Origin: an uncultured Candidatus Bathyarchaeia archaeon
GTDB taxonomy: Archaea > Thermoproteota > Bathyarchaeia > Bathyarchaeales > DTEX01
Direction: 5' to 3'
NCBI GenBank assembly: GCA_964422605.1
Contig: CAYRBK010000001.1
Coordinates: forward strand, 34,025-98,024
Length of the DNA stretch: 64,000 nucleotides
The notes under the pieces are model-generated. The model was not told the DNA's origin and did not search any database. It saw nothing but the letters and a program-made list of their open reading frames with translations. This document shows, piece by piece, positions 36,561-44,251 of the stretch. The position numbers were made by a program, and so were the translations under genes. Position 1 is the stretch's first letter. Each line of letters begins with the position of its first letter.

Positions 36561-38237
36561 ATGCCGACGGTTGAGGTTGAACTTGAGGATCTTGAATCTC
36601 TTCTAGGCATGGAACTGCCCAGAGACGAGGGAGAACTTAGCGACATCTTTGCCTACCTGAAAGGCGAAGTCTCGCATGACGACGGCCGCGAGGTTCACAT
36701 CGAACTGAAGGACAGCAACCGTGCCGACATATGGGGGGTGGAAGGACTTGCACGGGCTCTACGCGGAATTTTGAACTTGGAAAAGGGACTGAAGGACTAC
36801 CACATCGCTGACAGGTCCGGCGTCAAGGTACATGTGAATCCAAGGCTCAAAGGCATACGCCCCTTCATTGGATGCGCAGTCGTGAAGGGCGTCAGACTGA
36901 CAGACGCCGCGATCCGTCAAGCAATGCGGTTTCAAGACAAGCTGGACCAGACATATGGGAGGAACCGACGGAAAACGTCAATAGGACTGTACGATTTCAG
37001 CCTTATCGCTCCGCCTCTCCGTTACAGTGTGGCAAAGCCGAGGGAAGTCAGCTTTGTCCCACTTGAGTTTGAGGAGGAGATGACGCTTGAAGAGATCCTA
37101 GAGAGGCATCCGAAAGGGATGGAGTACGGTGGCATTGTCCGCAGCTTTCCTGTCTGGCCGATATTGATGGATTCTGAAGACAAAGTACTCTCGTTTCCGC
37201 CAATCATCAACTCGAACGATCTAGGAAGAGTCACGGAGCGAACCGAAGATGTTCTCATCGAAGTCACGGGAACATCTTACGAGACCGTACTTGACACGTT
37301 GACGAATATCACTCTCGCCGTAGCCGACCGAGGAGGAAACATCCACTCAGCGGAAATCCAGTATCCATACAAGGATCTGCACGAATCAGTGACTCCCGAT
37401 TTGGAGGTTGAAACATTGAAGATAAACCTTGGCTACGCCCGGAAGATCCTCGGCATGGACTTGAAACCGTCAGAGATTAAGAATCTTCTTGAGAAAGCCC
37501 GTTACGGAGTAGCCGGAGCAACCAAGTCCCATATAACTGTGAAAGTGCCTTGCTACCGCGTGGACATTCTGCACCCGATCGACGTAGTTGAAGACATAGC
37601 CATAGCCTATGACTACAACAAGATTGAGCCAAGATGGCCGCAGCTGCTGACGTTCGGCGGTTTGTCTCCGGAGACTGAGTTCCGTGATACTGCTAGAGAA
37701 ATCGTGGTCGGCTTAGGCTACCAGGAGATACTGTCTTACACTATGACCAATTCAGAAGCCTTGTTCACCATGATGAACCTTCAGCCCCAAAGGGTTGTTG
37801 AGATAGCTAACCCAAAGCTTGTCTCGATGACGTGCTTGAGGAACTGGCTGCTTCCAAGCCTTATGGAGTTCCTGAGCCACAATGCGCATGTAGAGTATCC
37901 TCAGAGAATCTTCGAGGTAGGGTATTGTGCCACACATGATGAGGAGAAAGAGAGCAAAACGAGGGAATTTGAGGAGCTCGCCTGCGTAACGACACATTCG
38001 AACTCGAATTTCACAGAGGCTAAATCTGTGCTGGATGCCTTTCTGACCAACCTCGGAATACGCTACGAGCTAGAAGACGTGGACCATGGAAGCTTCATCA
38101 GGGGAAGAGTGGGCAGCATACTTGTGGGAGACAACAACGTAGGCCTGATAGGAGAACTCCATCCCCAAGTACTGAGAAACTGGAAACTGGAAAACCCGGC
38201 AACCGCTTTTGAAGTGACTCTCGACAAGCTTCGATGA
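36561..38237 (+). CDS. pheT: Phenylalanine--tRNA ligase beta subunit
   Basis: 558 aa. It starts one nt after the pheS stop and has an archaeal B3/4-B5 domain pattern. Confidence 0.9.
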   Translation: MPTVEVELEDLESLLGMELPRDEGELSDIFAYLKGEVSHDDGREVHIELKDSNRADIWGVEGLARALRGILNLEKGLKDYHIADRSGVKVHVNPRLKGIRPFIGCAVVKGVRLTDAAIRQAMRFQDKLDQTYGRNRRKTSIGLYDFSLIAPPLRYSVAKPREVSFVPLEFEEEMTLEEILERHPKGMEYGGIVRSFPVWPILMDSEDKVLSFPPIINSNDLGRVTERTEDVLIEVTGTSYETVLDTLTNITLAVADRGGNIHSAEIQYPYKDLHESVTPDLEVETLKINLGYARKILGMDLKPSEIKNLLEKARYGVAGATKSHITVKVPCYRVDILHPIDVVEDIAIAYDYNKIEPRWPQLLTFGGLSPETEFRDTAREIVVGLGYQEILSYTMTNSEALFTMMNLQPQRVVEIANPKLVSMTCLRNWLLPSLMEFLSHNAHVEYPQRIFEVGYCATHDEEKESKTREFEELACVTTHSNSNFTEAKSVLDAFLTNLGIRYELEDVDHGSFIRGRVGSILVGDNNVGLIGELHPQVLRNWKLENPATAFEVTLDKLR

Positions 38238-38342
38238 CACCTTCAGGTAGACCGTTTGAGCCAACATCTGACGTAGTTCAACCTGCAATCCGACTCAAGC
38301 CGTTCTCAGGCCTAGATGCTTCCAGAGTGGATGGGTACCGCT

Positions 38343-39140
38343 TTAGAACTCCCCTACAGTGCCGTGTTCCTTGGCGTACCTTATTGACCTCGAATAGACG
38401 AAGACACCTATGGATAGAATGATCAGCGCAGTGATCAGCAACGGATAGAGGCTTTCCCAAAGGGATGCGATAGACTCACTCTTCAGCATCGCCCTTCGCA
38501 GCATTTCCAAGATATGGGTCTGAGGCATAAACATCGACAGCATCTGGAGCGAAGGCGGTAGGAGCTGATAAGGGAACCAAACTCCTGAAAGTAGGCCTCC
38601 TAGCATAGTGAAGAACCATGTGACAGGGTCCCATCGCTTCGTTATGATCTGAACTCCGGCGCTGATCATCCCGAAACCCCACATCACAGCGGCTCCTAGA
38701 ATGATTGTCACAATGGTTGAGACGAAGTCCACGGCGTAGGTGACACCGAACGACGAGGCTATCGAAAGATACAATGTGAACTCCAAGAGCCCGATGATGT
38801 AACGAAAACACACGGAGCCCAAGATCACCTCGTAAAGGGACGTTGGAAGCGTAAGATTCCATTCGAGATTCCACGGGTTTATGGCTATCCGCGGGGCATC
38901 CAAAGATGCATATATGAGATAGTTGAAGGACATTCCCACTAAGAGGAAGGAAAGAAACGAGCCGTACTGAGCTATCTGCTCCCCTCTTTGGAGGGCCACG
39001 TTAGTGCCTAAAAAGGCGTAGGTGACGGCTCCAACGAGGGTGTTTATGATCCAGAATGAAATCTCGAACTTGTAGCTTACCCAATCGTGGAAATCGATGA
39101 TAAGATAGCCCAGTATCCTCTTAGGATTCAAGTTCTCCAC
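38343..39140 (-). CDS. ABC-2 type transporter permease
   Basis: 265 aa with six TM segments. It overlaps the upstream ATPase gene by 20 nt. Confidence 0.75.
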   Translation of the reverse strand: MENLNPKRILGYLIIDFHDWVSYKFEISFWIINTLVGAVTYAFLGTNVALQRGEQIAQYGSFLSFLLVGMSFNYLIYASLDAPRIAINPWNLEWNLTLPTSLYEVILGSVCFRYIIGLLEFTLYLSIASSFGVTYAVDFVSTIVTIILGAAVMWGFGMISAGVQIITKRWDPVTWFFTMLGGLLSGVWFPYQLLPPSLQMLSMFMPQTHILEMLRRAMLKSESIASLWESLYPLLITALIILSIGVFVYSRSIRYAKEHGTVGEF

Positions 39141-40170
39141 CCCTCAAAATCCTTGCTATGCTCTCTTCTAGCGAATCTTCCTTCTGAGTCAACCCTGTTA
39201 CAGTGTATCCTCTGTCCATTACAGTGCCGATGATCTGGTTCAAGGCATCAAGCCTGTCCTTTCTAATGTGAATTTCGAGTCTTACAGGATTTATCAGTTT
39301 GGCCTCTTCTACTCCTTCAATGCTGATGATTTCCTGCGATAGCTTGCCGAAGCCCCCAGCAGAATCGTCAGCTACCTCCAGCGTGTACGGTACAGACTCA
39401 AGCGATCTGAAAAGAGACTTCAACTCGCCAACAGTCCCAACTCTCACTATCCTACCTTTGTTGATGATTGCCACTCGATCGCAGGTTTCTTCAACCAAGT
39501 GCATGTCGTGAGTGCTGAGGAAGATCGTTCTACTGGACTTGCCAAACTTCCCCTTGATGAGCTCCTTCAGTCGGAGAACGAAGAGAATGTCGAGGCTTCT
39601 TTGGGGTTCATCCAAAAAGATCACTTGGGAGTCGGGAATGAGGGCTCTCGCAAGTGCCACTTTCTGTTTCATGCCCTTGGAGAGTTTCTGAAACCACTTA
39701 TGGGCGTCATCGCCGCCTAACTCTACCATCTTCAAGACTTCTTCTACGCGTTTCTTAGGGTCGTCTTCCAGGTACTCTCTAGCATAGAACAGAAGATTGG
39801 TCCAGGCGCTGAGCCGCCAGCCGAAGCCTCTGTCTGACTCCTCGTACAAGACGCCAATCCTCGCCCTTACCTTCAGGCTGTCGGTTACAACGTTGCAGCG
39901 GTCCACGTAAGCCTTCCCCGAATCGGGCATAAGAATCGTGGTGAGAATTTTGATCATAGTGGTCTTGCCAGCGCCGTTTGGACCAAGAAGACCGAAGATT
40001 TCGCCGTTTCTAACCTCTAGGGACACCTTGTCTAGAGCGGTAACCTTCTCGCCTGCTATCCCCCGGAGCCTGAGTATATTAACTAGCTTTTTTCTGAAGT
40101 CCACCTTCTCGTATAGCTTCGAAACTGCCTCAAGCTCAATCGTGTTCTCAGTCATTGCCCGGATAGCCAC
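39121..40170 (-). CDS. ABC transporter ATP-binding protein (ABC-2 subfamily) with a C-terminal accessory domain
   Basis: Walker A GPNGAGKTT, signature LSKGMKQKV and Walker B IFLDEP. Confidence 0.88.
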   Translation of the reverse strand: MAIRAMTENTIELEAVSKLYEKVDFRKKLVNILRLRGIAGEKVTALDKVSLEVRNGEIFGLLGPNGAGKTTMIKILTTILMPDSGKAYVDRCNVVTDSLKVRARIGVLYEESDRGFGWRLSAWTNLLFYAREYLEDDPKKRVEEVLKMVELGGDDAHKWFQKLSKGMKQKVALARALIPDSQVIFLDEPQRSLDILFVLRLKELIKGKFGKSSRTIFLSTHDMHLVEETCDRVAIINKGRIVRVGTVGELKSLFRSLESVPYTLEVADDSAGGFGKLSQEIISIEGVEEAKLINPVRLEIHIRKDRLDALNQIIGTVMDRGYTVTGLTQKEDSLEESIARILRGGELES

Positions 40171-40852
40171 CGCCTGTCAATCCTCGTACTTCGTGGAGAC
40201 CTAATCCTAGGGAAACGAGCGATTGGATCGAACAGCCTCTGGTTTGCTCTCACACTGTTCGAGGACAAGGATGCCACCGTGAAAACCGCTTGGCGGTGTT
40301 CATCGAAATGCAAAGGCACGTCTCAGGGAAGCCGCTCACTCGGTTCCGGTATGCCTTCGGACTTCACGAACCATCATGAACACCTAAGAAACTCTAGCTT
40401 CGCAAAACCCATATAAGTGTTATGTCGCGCAGGATCAGGCTACCGCATGCTGTTGAGGTTTCTTCTTTTGGCGATAGGTTTATCTGAAAAATCGTCATCT
40501 CATATACCGGCGATGAGATGAGCTCTTGGAATCCCGCCGGAACCCCGAAAAGGGGCCCGCCTAGACGGACTCAACCGAGGTGGGTGATGCTTTACTCATC
40601 TATGAAGAAGGGTTTACCCAGATGCGGGACAAGGCGGGCGTGGGCGCCTGAAAATCCGCGTGAGAGAGAGCTTAGCTGAGAAGAGCGGACCCGCTCGGCT
40701 ATGATGCTGAGTGTTAGTTGCGCGGAACACAGGGGCGTCCACGACACAAATTTCCGAGCCTAGGGAACAGTAAGAAAGATCACCCTAGCAGAGATTCCGC
40801 CGATAGTCAGGTCGCGTGCAACCAAGGTTGAAGCGGAAGGTGAGCCGCCTTA
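40171..40852. other. 680-bp ORF-free, helix-rich non-coding region
   Basis: No ORF of 60 aa or more lies between ~40200 and 40785 in any frame. A central AT-rich segment (40380-40506) carries TATA-like boxes on both strands, and GC-rich blocks full of long perfect helices flank it. Confidence 0.7.
40655..40729 (+). ncRNA. Candidate box H/ACA guide sRNA hairpin
   Basis: Lower stem UCCGCG/CGCGGA (40655-60 / 40721-26). Pocket strands UGAGAGAGAG and UGUUAGUUG. Upper stem CUUAGC/GCUGAG with a U:G pair. K-turn formed by CUGA (40676-79) opposite AUGAUGC (40701-07, bulge UAU). Apical stem GAGCG/CGCUC. ACA at 40727-29 lies 15 nt from the upper-stem base. Confidence 0.45.
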
Positions 40853-41074
40853 CTACGCTCCGGTCTTCTCCTCTTTCTTGTAGAACCCCGTCCACTTGAG
40901 CTTGCGTGGATCGCGACCGAGCCTCAAAGCGTTTTTCCTGCACTTGCTTGAACAGAACCACAGGGTTGACCCGTCGTTTCTGACGTACATCATCCCTGTT
41001 CCGGGGGGAAACTCGTGTCCACAGAAGGTGCATCGTTTGGGTTTGGGCATCTTTGTTCTATCTCCGCCATCCAA
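40853..41074 (-). CDS. rpl24e: Ribosomal protein L24e
   Basis: Zinc ribbon [31 protein letters not shown]. The start may instead be MPKPKRC at 41050. Confidence 0.9.
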   Translation of the reverse strand: MDGGDRTKMPKPKRCTFCGHEFPPGTGMMYVRNDGSTLWFCSSKCRKNALRLGRDPRKLKWTGFYKKEEKTGA

Positions 41075-41115
41075 TCATTGTCTAGGTGGATGCTTGAAGG
41101 CTTAGCGCTGCCCTG

Positions 41116-41334
41116 TCACCTTATTCTTCTCGCTTCCCTCTCAGTCTCCCTCAGCATGAGCACATCGTCCAGACGAACAGGTCCCTTAACATTCCTAGTG
41201 ATTATGCGTCCCTTGTCAGGACCTTCGAGGACTCGAACTCTAACCACTCTAACTTCACCCGTCGCGCCGGTTCGCCCAACTATCTGGATAACCTGCGCCG
41301 GAGTCAGAGCCTCTTGACCTTCCCTCTGGCTCAT
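41116..41334 (-). CDS. rps28e: Ribosomal protein S28e
   Basis: 72 aa with [25 protein letters not shown]...[21 protein letters not shown]. Confidence 0.92.
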   Translation of the reverse strand: MSQREGQEALTPAQVIQIVGRTGATGEVRVVRVRVLEGPDKGRIITRNVKGPVRLDDVLMLRETEREARRIR

Positions 41335-41714
41335 GCGCCAAATCCTTCCTTGATCTTCTGAACGCGAGTAACTATCTCTTTGACCAGGTCTGAGGCTTCA
41401 CCAGTTTCGACTATGCATGCTGCAGCAGACTGAACATCTATCCCTACCGCTGTGCCCAGTTTTGCCTTGCTGGGAACAAAAACGTACGGGATTTTCCTTT
41501 CCTCGCAGAGGATCGGCAGATGGGCGACAACTTCGGGGGGGTCAACGTCCTCCGATATGACGACAAGCTTCGCCTGTCCTCTCTCTACGGCTTTTGTTGT
41601 CTCGTTGGTGCCCTTCCTTATGTTGCCAGTTCGCGTTGCTATCTGTAACGCGTCGTAGGTAGCGTTGGCAACCTCGGTCGGAACCCCAAACTTAGCATAA
41701 AAAGGCTTCGACAT
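41331..41714 (-). CDS. rpl7ae: Ribosomal protein L7Ae (K-turn binding protein)
   Basis: 127 aa with [40 protein letters not shown]. Confidence 0.93.
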   Translation of the reverse strand: MSKPFYAKFGVPTEVANATYDALQIATRTGNIRKGTNETTKAVERGQAKLVVISEDVDPPEVVAHLPILCEERKIPYVFVPSKAKLGTAVGIDVQSAAACIVETGEASDLVKEIVTRVQKIKEGFGA

Positions 41715-41723
41715 TACTAGTCA

Positions 41724-41755
41724 CCGAAACTTCATCAACATATGTCTCAGTTCGC
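41724..41755 (-). promoter_or_regulatory. C'/D'-like K-loop in the L7Ae 5' leader (candidate autoregulatory L7Ae site)
   Basis: The minus strand reads CGAA-CUGA-GACAUAUGU-UGAUGA-AGUUUCGG and ends 10 nt before the ATG. CUGA (41750-47) and UGAUGA (41737-32) are separated by a 9-nt loop, and the flanks are complementary. Confidence 0.5.
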
Positions 41756-42095
41756 ATTTAACCCCTAACTAAAAAAGCACACCTCTATATATGTTACGGT
41801 GAATCTTCCAGCTCTGTTAGAGTCCTTCTCACACTCTCCCAGACACTGTCGCCCAAGCCGTCCATACACCCGGATTATTCGGATTCTGCCCGGGACATTG
41901 TCTCTCTGAACGATGACGAGCAAGAAGAGACTGAGAGGTGGGCAGAGCGAGACTTTGTGTGTCCAGAATGCCTTCAGTGCCAGCTAGTCGTCCACTTCAG
42001 ATGAAGAGGAAGCATCAATCAATCTCTGCCAGAGGATGTCTCAACAGTCGCTGATGGTCAGAGAAAGAGGGAGCTGTGAAAGATATTCTTGGAAG

Positions 42096-42317
42096 CTAGA
42101 CTGTTTCTACTCTTTTTACTTCGGGTATCCTGTTCTTCAGGTACCGTTCGACTCCCCATTGCAGGGTCATCTGGGACATTGGGCATCCAACACAGGCACC
42201 CTTCAGCCTGACCTTAACAACTCCTTCGAGGTCAACATCGACAAGCTCTATGTCTCCCCCGTCTGCCCTCAGGTGGGGCTGAATTTCCCTGATGGCTTTC
42301 TCAACTTCGGCTTTCAT
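42096..42317 (-). CDS. NifU-like (Nfu C-terminal domain) Fe-S cluster protein
   Basis: 73 aa with IQPHLRADGGDIELV...VKVRLKGACVGCPMS. Confidence 0.85.
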   Translation of the reverse strand: MKAEVEKAIREIQPHLRADGGDIELVDVDLEGVVKVRLKGACVGCPMSQMTLQWGVERYLKNRIPEVKRVETV

Positions 42318-42329
42318 TTTCGAAAGCTC

Positions 42330-42348
42330 CTCATAACTATGTTATGAG
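42330..42348 (-). promoter_or_regulatory. Perfect 8-bp palindrome between the TATA and the start of the Nfu gene
   Basis: CTCATAAC-TAT-GTTATGAG. On the mRNA strand its 3' arm runs into the SD-like GAGGAGC 8 nt before the ATG. The minus-strand TATA-like GGTTTATATTTGG lies at about 42355-42367. Confidence 0.35.
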
Positions 42349-42433
42349 AACCCATCCCCAAATATAAACCTTCTCCGAAGGCGAACCCGAACCAGAGTAG
42401 AACAAACCCGGAAAACAATAACACGCAAACTGT

Positions 42434-44251
42434 CTATCTGTGCGCGAGGAAAACTACTGTCTTCCGGGCGACCCTGTCGACTCGTACGAATCCAAAACGT
42501 TCAAACTGAACAACCTGATCAACAGATGCCCTTCGAAAAGCCTCCTCAACCAAGCCGTCTACCACTGACCCGTCAGGCATAACGACTTCACAATGGAGAC
42601 CCCCTTCACCAGGTAGCCAATGGATCAACGGGGCATTCATCCGTCTTGCCTCTTCGTAGGGCTCGCTGTGGAATGTTGCCGAAATCCTGGTTTTCTCTGA
42701 GGCCTCGATCTGTATGTTGAAAAGCTCCATCAACCGTATCAAGGCGCCCTTACTAAACAGAGCCGCGTCTCTGCTCGAGACAGTGAGGTTGGCTTCACCT
42801 TTCCTCGAACCTACCTCCAGAATGCGGGTTCCCCGTTCAGGATGATCAGGGTGCAGCGATATCCTCGCCCTGTAGTCTTTTCGAACCCCTCTCACTGTTA
42901 GCTTCATCGGTTCCTGAACGAAGAAGAACCTATCAGCTATGGGGTCAATCAACTTCCGATTGTAGGCGTAAAGGTTATCCCAGCTAAGAGTTATGTCCAC
43001 GGGTCTTGGACCTATGTCGACCATGAGCTGCCTTATGGCCTCAGGCCTTATTCCTCTTCGTCTAAGCGCCATGAAGGTTGCCAGCCTCGGATCGTCCCAA
43101 CCTTGGTATGTTCCCTCCTGAACGCCGCGGAGAATCTTGGACTTGCTCAAAGAGGCTCCGACAATCTTGAGCCTACCGTAATGGATAGCTTCTGGGTATT
43201 CCCACCCCAGATAACCGTAAAGATATTCCTGTCTAACCTGATTGGTCAGGTGTTCTTTGCCGCGTATGATGTGGGTGACTCCGTTGAGATGGTCGTCAAC
43301 GCCGTTGGCAAATGCGAACAGAGGCCAAACATAGTATTTAGACCCAACCCGAGGATGAGGATATCTCTTGGGGTCTATGATCCGAAAGGCGGGCCAATCT
43401 CGGACAGCCGGGTTCGGATGGTTCAAATCTGTCTTGATCCTCATAACGGCTTCGCCTTCGGCATATTCGCCTCGAAGCGTGGCTTCCCACCGCGCCAAAT
43501 TATCCTTTGGTCGGAGACTTCTGCAAGCGCACGGTTCCTTCTGCATTGCTTTTTCCCGAAAATCCTCACGTCTACATGTGCAGACATAGGCATGTCCCTC
43601 GCTGAGAAGTCTCTCGGCATGGTCATAGTAGATCTCCATCCTTTCGCTTTGAATGTATTCAGCGTCCCATTTGCAGCCGAGCCACTCGAGATCGGTTTTT
43701 ATTAGATCAAAGAACTTAAGCGATGATTTCTTCAGTCTCGGATCTGTGTCCTCAAACCGCAGAACGAAAAGGCCGTTGTACATCCTTGCATATTCGTGGC
43801 TGATGATGACGGCTCGAGCCGAGCCGAGGTGAAGAACACAGTCAGGATTAGGTGCAAAGCGCGTTACGATTTGCGCGTATTCTTCGACTTTAGGTAGAGG
43901 CGGCAGAACTTTCTTCACCTCAACCCTTTCCTTTTCTCTCACAAGTATTTCAGGCCATGACCTCTTCACAGTTTCGATTTGTTCGTCCAACGAGAGACTG
44001 TTGATCTCTTTCACGACTTGGCTGACCAAGCGGGCAATTTCGGCTATTCTCTTCTTGAGCTCGGGCCTTTCGCCCAGCAACTTTCCAAGAACAGGGTTCG
44101 TCTGAGCTCTCCCCTCGTGCGCGATGGCATTGGCTAAGGCGATCTTTTGCGCCGTTTCTCTAAGGTCCTTGTCTGTATTGGAACGGTCCAAGCGGAGCCC
44201 TTCTTTTAGCCCTAGCTCGGTCTCTACCTTGCTAAATCTCTCTTTTGACAA
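42434..44251 (-). CDS. gltX: Glutamate--tRNA ligase (archaeal type)
   Basis: 605 aa, class I. It has HLGSAR (the HIGH equivalent), FEDTDP and LSKSK (the KMSKS equivalent). Confidence 0.88.
   Translation of the reverse strand: MSKERFSKVETELGLKEGLRLDRSNTDKDLRETAQKIALANAIAHEGRAQTNPVLGKLLGERPELKKRIAEIARLVSQVVKEINSLSLDEQIETVKRSWPEILVREKERVEVKKVLPPLPKVEEYAQIVTRFAPNPDCVLHLGSARAVIISHEYARMYNGLFVLRFEDTDPRLKKSSLKFFDLIKTDLEWLGCKWDAEYIQSERMEIYYDHAERLLSEGHAYVCTCRREDFREKAMQKEPCACRSLRPKDNLARWEATLRGEYAEGEAVMRIKTDLNHPNPAVRDWPAFRIIDPKRYPHPRVGSKYYVWPLFAFANGVDDHLNGVTHIIRGKEHLTNQVRQEYLYGYLGWEYPEAIHYGRLKIVGASLSKSKILRGVQEGTYQGWDDPRLATFMALRRRGIRPEAIRQLMVDIGPRPVDITLSWDNLYAYNRKLIDPIADRFFFVQEPMKLTVRGVRKDYRARISLHPDHPERGTRILEVGSRKGEANLTVSSRDAALFSKGALIRLMELFNIQIEASEKTRISATFHSEPYEEARRMNAPLIHWLPGEGGLHCEVVMPDGSVVDGLVEEAFRRASVDQVVQFERFGFVRVDRVARKTVVFLAHR

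Noticed and set aside
40556-40631. A second H/ACA hairpin (lower stem CCCGC/GCGGG followed directly by ACA)
   Set aside because: With the required 14-16-nt spacing, the only upper stem is 4 bp (AACC/GGUU). No tandem G-A K-turn or K-loop can be built above it. The nearby UAU-GA bulge faces a U instead of the required A.
40699-40709. The 11-mer TATGATGCTGA shared between 40699-40709 and 24647-24657
   Set aside because: In 64 kb, hundreds of repeated 11-mers are expected by chance. There is no extended similarity around either copy.
40731-40765. GUCCACGACACAAAUUUCCGAGCCUA, which resembles the 3' CR-V/P4 region of E. coli M1 RNA (GUCCACGACAGAACCCGGCUUA)
   Set aside because: The A-to-G spacing of the CR-V consensus is violated: 8 nt where 4 are expected. 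I found no partner CR-I/P4 5' strand upstream. Judged coincidental.
41971-42018. Box C/D sRNA on the minus strand (UUGAUGC-N11-CUGA-N19-CUGA) in the Nfu-L7Ae intergenic region
   Set aside because: The 19 nt between D' and D cannot hold a spacer, a 7-nt C' box and a 12-nt guide. There is no UGAUGA-like C' box and no terminal stem.
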